Source of the DNA: Schmidtea nova
Taxonomy: Eukaryota
DNA: 64,000 nt
NCBI GenBank assembly: GCA_044892505.1
Contig: CM097882.1
Location: forward strand, 224,936,001 to 225,000,000
Direction: 5' to 3'
In this document: piece by piece, positions 38,650 to 50,769 of the stretch
Layout of the letters: the number at the start of each line of letters is the position of its first letter
Numbering within the stretch: the first letter of the stretch is position 1
The notes under the pieces: generated by a model
Database searches by the model: none
Seen by the model: only the letters and a program-made list of their open reading frames with translations
What the model was told of the DNA's origin: nothing
Made by a program: the position numbers and the translations under genes

Positions 38650-39000
38650 ATGAGTCATCGTTTTTTTCAGAATTTTTCTAACTCCGAAAATAGTCACGTC
38701 TTGGGTCATAATGTAGATCAAAGTCATTGAACAAAAACGTATGTTACTATTTATAGACAAATATAATGTTGTGAGCTCACGATGACTCATCCTTTTTCAA
38801 AAACAATTTCTAAGACCCCATTAACAAATAATATTTCAAAATTTTTCCAAGTCAGGTTAACAAAGAACTTTTTTCGAAATTATTTTTGAGTCCCCCCTGC
38901 AACGCGAATTAAAGGTCGTATGGAAAGAATCTTGATTCTTTTGGAATCAGGAAAAACTTCTTAGACTTTAACCTCAGAATATATTTTTTCAGGGGGTCAT
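38650..39000. repeat. Dispersed repeat, inverted copy at about 42380-42690
   Basis: Shared TGTTGTGAGCTCACGATGA(C/G)TCATC, CAAAGTCATT, GAAAATAGTCACGT and TTTTCCTGATTC blocks. Confidence 0.75.
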
Positions 39001-39876
39001 TGATTTAGTCAATAATGGCCCTAAAGTCTTTGTTAGTATTGCATTTGCTTTGCATTAATTAAAACAAGATACAATAATACATTCATTTAAACTAGAAAAT
39101 AATTCAAAAAAATAATGGGAATTTAAATATTGATGATTTATTTTCAGAGTTTTGATTGAACTTTTGATTCCCATTTCTAACTTCATTCATTATTAGATCG
39201 AGCTGATATATGTATTTGTGGGATTATTGAACATAATTATTTAATTTTTCATTGTTTTTTCTTACTTTAATCAATGTAATATTCAATTTTTTATTGTAGC
39301 AAGAGCTCGTTTGAACCGTTGAATATCTTTATATAATTTCATGCGAACTAATACCAGTGTTTCATGTTATTTCAAAACTGTTTCCAAAATTATTCATTCT
39401 TTCTGATGGTCTTACTGTAAGAGCTTTCAGCCGTCTAGGTCTATCTACTATATCCAAAAGATCTAAAACCACAACTGTATTAGGGAAAATACATCTTGTT
39501 TTATTTTGCCATTGATCAAAAACAATTGTTTTGTTTCCCTTACAATATATTATCAATAATGAGCTTATTATTAAATATTTTATTAAAACTTTTGAATATA
39601 CTTATGTTTAAAATTTACTAAATATACTAATTTTTATATACTAAAATTATCACATGTACTGCACTTGTATTGCAATGTATTTGTTAAATAATCATAGTTA
39701 TGCACATTAACAACGATATCTGTATAAATACTGTTTTCTAGTAATTATTTTTATTAAATGAATCAATCTAATTTTATTGTAACTTTACTTAATTGGTTAA
39801 TGTCGAATGAAAAATAAATGACATTGTAAAAAGTTTACAAAACCCTGGTATCTTATAACAAAAGAAAATCCCATTG

Positions 39877-40661
39877 ATTATAAGCGTATTCTTAATCAAA
39901 AATCAATTTCAGAAAAGGAATACCATTTTTAAATGGTATTTTGTCCTCTTTTCGAATCACCCATGAAATGGTCAAGAATTATAGTGGCTTTTATGTATAT
40001 AAACAGGTTCTAGAGAGATCTCAATCTTTCTATATTATAAGCGTATTCTTAATCAAAAATCAATTTCAGAAAAGAAATACCATTTTTAAATGGTATTTTG
40101 TCCTCTTTTCGAATCACCCATGAAATGGTCAAGAATTATAGTGGCTTTTATGTATATAAACAGGTTCTAGAGAGATCTCAATCTTTCTATATTATAAGCG
40201 TATTCTTAATCAAAAATCAATTTCAGAAAAGAAATACCATTTTTAAATGGTATTTTGTCCTCTTTTCGAATCACCCATGAAATGGTCACGAATTATAGTG
40301 ACTTTTATGTATATAAACAGGTTCTACAGAGATCTCAATCTTTCTATATTATAAGCGTATTCTTAATCAAAAATCAATTTCAGAAAAGAAATACCATTTT
40401 TAAATGGTATTTTGTCCTCTTTTCGAATCACCCATGAAATGGTCAAGAATTATAGTGGCTTTTATGTATATAAACAGGTTCTAGAGAGATCTCAATCTTT
40501 CTATATTATAAGCGTATTCTTAATCAAAAATCAATTTCAGAAAAGAAATACCATTTTTAAATGGTATTTTGTCCTCTTTTCGAATCACCCATGAAATGGT
40601 CACGAATTATAGTGGCTTTTATGTATATAAACAGGTTCTACAGAGATCTCAATCTTTCTAT
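39877..40661. repeat. Tandem array, 5 x 157 bp
   Basis: Near-identical units; each contains the hairpin AATACCATTT-TT-AAATGGTATT; the four 60-aa ORFs are a by-product. Confidence 0.97.
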
Positions 40662-42819
40662 GATCACTTTAATAATTATATAACATTAACTATTAATTAG
40701 ACAATTCACAATGAAATATGTCCAAGGGTTGATGAAAATGGAAATTGGGAAACTTTAAAAGATCTTTGCAAGAAACATCAAGATGCTCAAAGATCAAAAA
40801 AAAAGAAAAAGATTATTAAAAATATTTTAAAGTTAACATTTTGTTATACTGGATTATTAGCAACTGTATTGAATTTTAGAAAATAAATATATTGTTTTTA
40901 TTATATATTTTTTGAATGTACTGTTTGATTAAAACACGATTATAGTAATAATATTTATTATTTAAAACACGAGTAATCTTTATCTCCACAATATAATTTT
41001 TAAATTTTTTAAATAAAAACGCTCTTATTACTGAAAACTAATAAAAAGTTTAAATTTGTCAGATATTATTTGAAAAATTTGAAATTTAATTTAATTTGTC
41101 TCATGAATAAATCTTAATTTGTTTTAATAATTAAAATTAAATCAGAATTCAGGAGAAAGAAAATATCCAGGAAGAAGAAGGAAGTCAATTGGAAAGAATT
41201 TAGTATTGGAGTGATCAGGATATTTTGAAGATCGAAATAATTCATAAATAAACATTTCGGACAAGGCTTAACACTGTTACCTTATTATTGTATTTTAATA
41301 AACCCTGCTAACGATAAAGCAATTTATATTTATATTTATAAGAAGAAGAATAAATATGATTGGACAGTCAAAGTATAAAAACAAAGATCTCACTGAAATT
41401 TGTCATAATTTCAAAATGCAGTCAACAAATAGTTTCCAACATGCTGAAATGTTCCACACCTATAAGAAGAATTATTTTGAAAAACCAATTGTATTCAATT
41501 TTCATTTTCTATCAAGTTTACCTAGACAGAATTTTCCTACCTATGATCAACAATTTCCAATGAAGATTGTTATTTAATAAATAACATATTCAGTCATCAA
41601 TGATAAAGATGCAGTATTTCCCTCGACTTTTCGCGAGATACCATTTGTAAATGATGAACATTTGTATGTATATGCAATCATTCAAGGTAAAAAACAAGAT
41701 CCAGAAAATCGATTAACTCTAACTTGGGAAATTAAGAAAGCTGTACAGACTGTAGTTTAGAAATAAATGTATTAATGTATTTTGTTTTTTTTAATAAATA
41801 ATGCATTAGACATGCAGTTCAAGTGAAACGCATGTGCATTGTGTGTGTGTGTTTAAATCTGATTGGAAGGCTTTGTTTTAAATACTGGAAGGCTTTCGAA
41901 AATATTCATAATTTTAAAATGAGTAATGAAGACACTGCAAAAACATAAAAATTATAGTATTTAAGTGATCCTTTAGAAATTCAATTGGCATGTCCAACAA
42001 AACTCATCAAAACTAAATACCTTCAATTGATGGCATTCATTCAAAATAAAGAAGGAAGCATTAAATAAAATCTATCTAAATATCCAGTTGACTCTCATAG
42101 TATTTATCGATGAACGTTATGCAGTATACTGTAATACATTCTGAGAGATAAAGTTCAAAGAAAAAGAATCATGGTATATAACCATTAGTATCCGAAAATT
42201 CAAGATTGATGCAAATAATATATATTCACCAATATGGACTATTGATCGTACAAAATTATTTCTTGATGTCAATTTGTATTAGTTAGAAATAAATGTACTA
42301 TTGTTTCTTGTTTTAATTAATGAAGGATTAGCAAAGACTTCATGGCTATTTGCGGCTAAAGCGAGGACACTATGAAAAAATATATAATCTGCGATAAAAA
42401 TCTTAGAATTTTTTCCTGATTCAAAAACACTAAAGATATTCAACCTTTGGTTCGAACTGTAAAGGATGTCTCAAAAAAATTTCGAAAAAGGTTGTTTTGT
42501 TAAACGGGCTTAGAAAAAATTTTCAATGTTATTTATTAGGGGGGTCTTTGAAATTTTTTTTTAAAAATGATGACTCATCGTGAGCTCACAACATTATAGT
42601 CTATAAATATTAACATATGTTTTTTCAAATGACTTTGATTTACATTATAACTCATCACGTGACTATTTTCAGACTTGTGACAAAACGATGTACTCACTTC
42701 TACCTACTTCTTAAAAATTATTTAAACATTAGTATTTCCAATATTTTCTAAAAAAGATTTTCTAAAATTTGCAAAACTCTCAGAAAACAGTAAAACTATA
42801 ATTATACCAATGCTATCAT

Positions 42820-43010
42820 TCAATTTATTTTTATTTATTTATCTTTTGGTTTCATTTTTAATCTCTTTTTATTTATCAATAATTTTCATAATTTATATGA
42901 CTATAGATCAATTTTTTTGTTTTGGGATTTTTGGTTGTTAAGTACACGATATTTCAGTACAGCTTTTATTAAGTGTGTATTTCAAATATACACTTGATAA
43001 AGGCTGTAAA
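42820..43010. repeat. Fold-back repeat family, copy 3 (decayed, reverse orientation)
   Basis: TCAATAATTTTCATAAT..GACTATAGATCAA, ACACTTGATAAAGGCTG; conserved flank appears on the left. Confidence 0.7.
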
Positions 43011-43495
43011 ATAAATGTTATTTATTTCATTATTATTACTATCAACACCATCATTCATTCCCGTTACAACATCACATGTTTCAACCAATTCATATTCAGT
43101 TTTAATTAAGAGCAGAATATCTAAAAACTTAGCAACCTTATATTATGAAGTTTGAATCATTAACAATACAGGTTTCATGGGTAAATTATCCTTATGTACT
43201 TTTGGAAGACCATATAATTTAGCATGTTGTGACCCTTGAAGGCCAAATGAATTGATAATATTTTTATCTATGTGGCTATTTAAAAGTAAGTCATGAAGTA
43301 AAGATATTAATATGAAATCATCTTTTAAAGATTGATTTTACATTTTAATTTGCAGAATACAATATCTTCATGCATTTTGAGAGTTTTTAATTAATTTTAT
43401 TAAGGTTAATAAAAGTTTTATTGGATTGTACACATGTTATTATGTAATCACTGATAAACGTATAAATAGGATCAATTTTAATTTTATTGAATTTG

Positions 43496-43542
43496 TTTAT
43501 GGCCTGATGATGACAGCTGAGTTGTCGAAATATATTGAAAAA
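43496..43542 (+). ncRNA. Minimal hammerhead ribozyme in an isolated PLE pseudo-LTR
   Basis: CUGAUGA-U-GACAG(cugag)UUGUC-GAAA-UAUA-UU. Confidence 0.6.
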
Positions 43543-43980
43543 ATATATTTTAAAAAATGGTGTTCTTTTATTAATTAATATCATTATTATTATTATTATT
43601 ATTATTTTATTGGTTTTCCGAGTTGGCATTTTATAAATGTTTCATAAGAACCGAAAATTCTACATTTGAATAATGCTGTTTCGAAATTGATACACCGAAA
43701 CAAATAAAATAAATTTGAAAAATAATGCAGTAAAGGATCAGTTATGAAATTATATATTCACTAATTATAATTTTAAATTCTCTTTTTTTAAACTATTTAC
43801 ATGTGACCCCTTTCGATATCGTGTTTATGATGTCTCATTTTTTTTAATTCAGTTTGATTATTTGTTTGTTCCGATTTTGTCATCAGAAATCAAATTGTAA
43901 ATTAAGATGTTTTCTTGTAAAATATTTTAATTTTAATAATAAACAATAATTTCGAAATTTTTAGTAAATAAAAAACTTAC

Positions 43981-44362
43981 AGAGAGTTTTATTCACACAG
44001 CGTGGCTCGCCTCCAACGCCTTGAATTAAACCGACAATTCCAGGAATAAAACCACTTAGACCTTCTCCAACATAGAGAGCTGTTATAAAATGTCTTGGAT
44101 AATTGATAAGATATGGTAGAAATGTCACAGATGACGTAGTATCTACAACTGACAACGACCAAATAAGAATAAAAAATGGAATGCTCGATTGACGCCATTT
44201 TCCAAGTGTAAAAATTTTTAAAGTGTGACTCCAAAATATTGATAGAAGAGCGCAACAAACACAGCCAATTGAAAATATTAAATATATCGTAAATCGTTCC
44301 ATATTTCGAAATTTTTTAATACAATGAACTCCCATATATATTAATGGGGCGATATTTCCCAT
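43981..44362 (-). CDS. SLC52A: Riboflavin transporter exon 3
   Basis: MGNIAPL...VDTTSSVTFLPYL...ALYVGEGLSGFIPGIVGLIQGVGG..C; TTCAG acceptor, GTAAGT donor. Confidence 0.95.
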
Positions 44363-44713
44363 CTGAATTCAAAAAATTGAAATTAATGGTAAATAAAAAC
44401 ATAAAAAATAGTTTTAATCATATTACGAAATTCATATTTCAAAATTTTATTGTATTCAATTAGTTGACTTAACTAAAATGCTGATATTCATTATAGGGAG
44501 GGAGGCTAAAACTTTGAACTATTTTAATTTTTCATTCCAATTTTTGATAACATTTTACAATTATTTAATATTATAAAAAATACAAAAAGTTTTCAAATAA
44601 TTACTAAATCGCAAAATAAACATTTTCTTTAAATTTTAATTATGTGATAAAAATTTGCAGCGAAAACTTTTCTTGATTTTTAATAATTATTTAACATTTA
44701 ATTTGCTCTAAAA

Positions 44714-45284
44714 CAATGTTGTCCAAACTTTTTTGAGCCACGGCACACTTGGCTGAATTAAAAATTTTCGCGGCACACCTAATTTTTTTTTTGCTTTATT
44801 TGCAATGGTTTGCTTGGGACCATGGACTCATTTGCAAGAGTACTAAAACATAGTATGCATTTTGGAATTGAATCATCCTTTTCAGATGTGATGAAACCAT
44901 ATTTAATGTAATCATCATCAAATTAGCGTTTTTTTGCTGTCTTCATAACTCTTGCGTCTTTACTTGTTTGAACTAAAATTCTCTTCATGGTTACACTAAA
45001 AAATATTATTATTTAATATTTAAGATTCTAAATAAACATAATTAAGCTGCTTACATATTTTAGATAGTCAATATTTCTAGTAAGAAATATAAATATGATT
45101 GTAAACAAATAAATTTCGCACTTAATTGACTGATTATCATTTAAATTTGAAATAACTGTTAAAATATCCACAATTCAATTTCCTTTTATTAAGTTGTTTG
45201 GAAAAACAGGGTTTTTTGACTTTTTTTTAAAAATATCACGGCACACCTGGGCACCCACCACGGCACACAGTTTGTACAACACTG
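44714..45284 (-). mobile_element. hAT Charlie/Buster deletion derivative (571 bp) in SLC52 intron 2
   Basis: TIRs CA(A/G)TGTTGT(C/A)CAAAC; TSD CTCTAAAA/CTCTAAAC; four CGGCACAC subterminal motifs; remnant DYIKYGF...PKCILCFSTLANESMVPSK. Confidence 0.9.
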
Positions 45285-45811
45285 CTCTAAACCAAGAAAC
45301 CATCGTTTTCTACTATGAATTAACTTGTACTATTTTTCTCGAAAATTTTGTAAATATTGGTAATTAATTGTGGTATTAATTAAAATATTTTAACAAAACT
45401 AACTTATAAAGTCTGAATAAATTGTGCAAAAAAACTATTTTATCTATGGTTAAAAATGAATTAAAATATTTATTAAAATATTTTAATATTTATGGATTAA
45501 AAATTTCACAGATGAAGGAGATTATTTTGAAGAATATAGTAAAAAATTTTATTATTAAATTAGTTGAATGCATATTTTTATTTACCTCAATTCCTAAAAC
45601 TTTATGATCAAAGTAGTATTTATAGTTGCTGTCATTATTACTTTACTAGTTTTGTAAAACCATCATAATACCATTATAATATAAATAATATCCCAGGAAG
45701 AAGAGAAAAAAGATGCATAAAATAAGTGTTATCAAAAATAAATAAAAAACAGAATTAGATTTTATTATAAAATAATACAAATCTCTTTTTTCAAATTTCA
45801 GTATCACTTAC

Positions 45812-45960
45812 TTGTACTATTGCGACCACATAAGTTGGCAGCTGTGGACCTTCTGGGAGATGATTTATCAGTAACGGTATTTCCACCCATAATCCATTTA
45901 AATCAATCCATGAACCGATAGCAAAAAATCCGATCAAAAAAGATAATAAAATTGATAATT
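45812..45960 (-). CDS. SLC52A: Riboflavin transporter exon 2
   Basis: FAIGSWIDLNGLWVEIPLLINHLPEG..LPTY...IVQ; GTAAGT donor in phase 0. Confidence 0.95.
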
Positions 45961-46015
45961 CTACGTTAAATAATTATTGTAATAATTAGAATAAATTGAA
46001 ATCAGAGTTATTACT

Positions 46016-46025
46016 GTCAGGCATT
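46016..46025 (-). CDS. SLC52A: Probable coding exon 1 (ATG CCT GAC A) followed by a 55-nt intron
   Basis: GT at 46015, AG at 45961; phase fits exon 2 to give MPDKLSILL. Confidence 0.6.
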
Positions 46026-46306
46026 AATCATCAAATTGACCATATTTCGATATAAAAATATTAAATAAATTTAACTTAAAAAATTATAATAATTAAGATA
46101 TCAATTTCTTATTTGACGTTTAAATACTTTCTCAAAAATCAAGGTTAAATATACTTCAGACAAACATGTGTATATGATTGTATATTAGTTGTCAAACATT
46201 ATTTTAAATAAGAAAATTCATTGCATATGAATATAACGGAACACTATATAACTGCTGAAAATAAAGTTCTAAAATGTGCTAGTAATAATTATTATATAGT
46301 ATATTA

Positions 46307-47715
46307 CAGGGTTTGTCACCATATTTTGACATTATGCATATCAATTTTGACAAAATATTAAATAATTATAAAATATCAATTTACCAAAATATTTGTCACT
46401 ACATTTTGACAATATGTCTTTCAATGTTGACTTTTATTACATCAATTTTGACAAATATATACTATTGTAAATCAATCATCATTTAATACTGTTTGAATTA
46501 CAAAATTTAGCGACCCATGACAACCAACAATCTAACAAATGCTGATAGAAGGCGTGTTATCGAAGCCTATAATCAAGGCAATACCATCGCAAACATAGCT
46601 AGTATTTTCGGAGTGAACCGAACAACCATTCACGAGATTGTACGAGTTTTCTTGAATGAGGGAAGAATTGACAGAAAGCAGAAAGGCGGTATTAGGCGCC
46701 AGTCACTTAATGATACCATTAAAAATCAGATTAAAGCATGGGTTGACGAGAATTGTGGACTGACTTTAAAAAGATTGGTTGAAATGGTTTCCGAGACATT
46801 TGGAATTACCGTCTGTCAAAAGACGATAGACAGATGTTTGCAGTCATTTTGTTATTCCTTCAAGCGTGTGACATTGCAGCCCGCACGTAGGAACGATGAA
46901 GAGTCCCTAAACGCGAGGGCGGAATACGCTAATTTATTTTTGGGTTTAATGGCTACAGTCGAAGAATCAAAGTTATTCTTTATTGATGAGGTAGGATTCA
47001 GCTTGTCGATGAGAACAAGGCGTGGCTGATCCCCAAAAGGTACCCGGGCTGTCCATGTTGTTCCGGGTCTTCGTACGAGGAATTTTTCAACGTGCTGCTG
47101 CATGTCAAAGAATGGGATTTTTAACTTTTCAACGCAAGATCTTGCGTTCAATACGGATTATTTTTATACTTTTATCGAAAATACAATTGCAAAACTAGGA
47201 GAAAGGAATCTTGAAAACGTTGTTTTGATAATGGACAACGTCCCATTTCATAAAGCCGGTAGCATCAGAAGATTGATTGAGTCTAGTGGGCACAGAATTG
47301 TATTCCTTCCGCCATATTCACCCTTTTTGAATCCAATAGAGAACATGTTCTCTCAGTGGAAGGAATATATTAGGCAAAGAAGATGTAATACGGAAAAGGT
47401 GTTAAATGAAGAGATTTTAAATGGGTCGCGAATAATTAGCATTGTTGATTGCACAAGTTATTTTATGCATATGGTTGGGTTTCTCCCCAGGTGCATAAAT
47501 AAGATTCCTATTATTGATGAATAAATTTTAAGCGTACTTTATACACTTTATGATATGTATTTTTAATTTGTCAAAATTGATGTAATAAAAGTCAACATTG
47601 AAAGACATATTGTCAAAATGTAGTGACAAATATTTTGGTAAATTGATATTTTATAATTATTTAATATTTTGTCAAAATTGATATGCATAATGTCAAAATA
47701 TGGTGACAAACCCTG
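46307..47715 (+). mobile_element. Tc1/mariner transposon, 1409 bp
   Basis: ~150-bp TIRs starting CAGGGTTTGTCACC with internal TTTTGACA direct repeats; TA on both sides. Confidence 0.97.
46517..47524 (+). pseudogene. DD34E transposase with a single premature TGA (47027-47029)
   Basis: HTH N-terminus, FIDEVGF, MDNVPFH, PYSPFLNPIE (34 residues between D and E); both track ORFs are in the same frame. Confidence 0.95.
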
Positions 47716-48159
47716 TATATACAGTACAATATATGATCGACACTGAAAAGAAAAATATATATATAAGTATATTAATATTTTGGTATTCCATGTTTAAACC
47801 ATGTGTATAAATTTTGACTTTATGCTGGCCATATTGAGAACAGAGTAAATTTCACTGCACTGAACATACTGTTACATGTATTTATATAAACTATTCATAT
47901 TTACAGTATTTATATTTTAATTATTGGAATGTAGTGGTATGTTGAAATTGAATGATTAAATTGTTTGAAATATTATTTGGGTTTAAAATAATTCTTCATG
48001 CATAAATTAAGAAAAAATACTTTGTTTATATAATACATTTATCACGACTTTAAGTTTTTTAATGAATAACACAATATACTTTTTCAATGATGTGGAGCTA
48101 TATGTGCAGTTACATGAACTGTAATTTTATAAGCAAAAAGATTTATGAAATCTTAACAT

Positions 48160-48358
48160 TGTTGGTTGTTTAGTTGATTTATTTAAAACTTGATTACTAG
48201 GTTCACAATAACTCCCACAACGGCAAGAAGATGATCGTCCTCATCACTTGTATACCCGTACTCTCTTATTGGAGATTGCATTGAAACTGTTTACAGTGGT
48301 ATGAGTTCCAGTGAGCAGATGAGCTTCGTTTCCAAAACTACTTCTTATGGTCTACTAC
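48160..48358 (-). mobile_element. 3' end of LTR F
   Basis: Ends AACAACCAACA; GCTCATCTGCTCACT shared with LTR C; stem with AGTTTCAA bulge at 48249-48295. Confidence 0.65.
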
Positions 48359-48517
48359 TGTTGGGCTGGTAGAAGTAAAATATTATTTGTTTTAGTGCAT
48401 CAAAAAAAAGTACACACAAAAAGAAGTGAATTCAAATCTCACGATAACACATAAGAGCATTAGACAAAAAAATAGCACAAAAATTATAGAATAAATAAAG
48501 CACAAATAGTAGGCATA

Positions 48518-49586
48518 TGTTGAGGTTCCCAGAATCTCAACTTGGTATCTTATGTAAATAAATAAGATAACACTGGTTAAAAGATTTTATTCAAATACAA
48601 CAAATGCAAATTACCTAAAAAAATATTACAGATTCACAGTATTGTTCCTTTAATGTGTGAATATATATGTATGCGTGAATGCCTTCTGAGCTCGATATCT
48701 TGTATGCTCGAAATTATTATTTCAATAGTCGATAACAACTATGAAATTCTTCTTACGCAAAGATTTTATGGGTGATTTGACTGAAAAATCAGTCAGTTTA
48801 TATACTAAATTTTAAGGCACTTAATCTGTCAATAATGGTTGTTATTTTGCCTCTTGAGTTGATTGAAATTGTTTTTGAAAATAGAATTATTTTCAAAACA
48901 GAATTGTTTTCAAAATTATTTTTTAACCTCGAGATATTATTTCATTTTTCTGACCTTTGTAGGTCATAAATATAATTTATTTAAACAAACAGTAATTTAT
49001 TTATTTTTGATTTATTTAAACAATATGTATTATTTATATTTTATTATTATTATAATTTATTGAATTAAAATATTAAAATATAAATGAAAATATAATCCAT
49101 TTTCCAAATAGTTAAAAAAAATTATTTTTTACATAAAATATTTTTAAAACAAAATATTTTTTCAAAATTATATAAAATTTTGTCAATCACCATAAAAATG
49201 TCAATAAATGTTCGCAATATCACAAATGATAAATTGTCAAATTATAAATTGTCATGCTGATAAATTGTCATTACAAAAATTAATTGTCAACAATATTTTA
49301 TTAACAGAAACAAAATAAAATTATCCCATAAAAATAAAAATTGCCAGATAGTCACAGCTTAATCACATAATTTTCATCATCATAAAACAAAAGTCAAATG
49401 AGATCAACAGTAAAATATCATCATATAAAATCACTAAAATCATAATGTCGTTGAAGTTGATATTTTCCATTGATTATTTAATTGTCATTGCCATCTGATC
49501 CATATGTATATTTATCCTGTACCTTCTATTTCCTACTGTATAATATTTTAATTTTAAAACCCTTATTCTACGCCCATCTTCTAACA
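48518..49586 (+). mobile_element. Solo LTR D (1069 bp)
   Basis: TGTTGAG...CTAACA; perfect TSD CATA, whose flanks rejoin into C-type LTR sequence. Confidence 0.8.
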
Positions 49587-49914
49587 CATATGAGCCGCAT
49601 TTCATAAGTCGGTCAAGGTAGAAATAAAATTATAAAAAAAGAAACATCTCAAAAGTTGGCATACAATTTGAGTGCAAGTCAAATTTACATATGAAAGAAT
49701 GCCCGAAAATTTAACGTAGAAGATCATTGGTCGTATATTAAATGCGAAAAAAAACATGATCGAATATTAATTGGCTATCAAAATAAATGTAATAACTTAT
49801 TAAAAGTTACATAAGAAATCTCCATTAAAATATCTTTAAATTAACATAAATACGGACAAAAAAAGAAAGGGTTGATTAAAAGTGAAATTTAATCACTCTC
49901 AATACCGTAACAAT

Positions 49915-50769
49915 TGTTGAGGTTCGTGTAAAGAAGTGTAACGTGAAACGAGAGGGTGCCAAAGATTGGGGACAAATCAATAAAAAGGCTGAAATATGTA
50001 AAATTTATAATTGATAAATAAGTATAAAAATTAATTAAAAATTAAGAAAAAGTAAAATTTGATATATCGTGGGGAACTCTGATATGTATGGACAGCAAAT
50101 GGAGAGACGAGTACTAATATGATAATAAAATATCCAATAAAGGGTTCCTTGAAAAATATATTCAATAAATAAAAATTAGTGAATTAATTATTAATTATGT
50201 AGAAAACCTGAGTCAGTGGGAAAACCGAGTACATGGGAAACTCGAACGAATGGAAAACTTGAACAAATCGGAAAACCCGACATAAAATCTAAATATCGAA
50301 GTTGCAGGCCGAAATAAATGAGTTGTAAGAGACAACAATCATCTCAATTATGTGAAAATCCAATTATAAAAAAGATAATTCTATTACATCTTTATTGTAG
50401 AAATTTAATTGAAATGTTGACGCAATAAAATTAGTATAAAAAGAATGACAGAGTTGCGGTAAATCGTCAGTTTGTTGGAAGTAAAAGTTTATTCTGGATT
50501 ACTACACATTTGGTAAGCTAGGAGAATGCGATTATCAGAAATTTAATATTAGCAAATCAAAAGCGTATCAGAAATAACTTTGGTAGACTTAACCCTGTCG
50601 CTGGAATAAAAAGAATGCGAGGTGTTTTGCAGAAATTTGAGATTGTGTTGATTTATCGTTTGTAAATTGTGGAATTCAATAAAAGTTGTTGGGTTGGGTT
50701 TTAGTGATTTGTGATTATAAGACCATGCTGAATCAGACAAAACACCTACTTAAAATAAAACACCCAGCA
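49915..50769 (+). mobile_element. Solo LTR I (855 bp)
   Basis: TGTTGAGG...CACCCAGCA; perfect TSD CAAT; TATAAAAA at 50435 and a downstream GGTAAG donor. Confidence 0.85.

Noticed and set aside
39941-40594. Four 60-aa ORFs
   Set aside because: By-product of the 157-bp repeat; they start at TTG and show no coding signal
39877-40661. CRISPR-like array
   Set aside because: No unique spacers and a eukaryotic context; it is a plain tandem repeat
16863-47029. Stop codons repeatedly replacing Trp (8287, 16863, 27569, 47027) as a sign of code reassignment or editing
   Set aside because: All three stop types occur, and TGG is one or two G-to-A changes from each; ordinary decay in an AT-biased genome explains it, and SLC52 uses TGG normally
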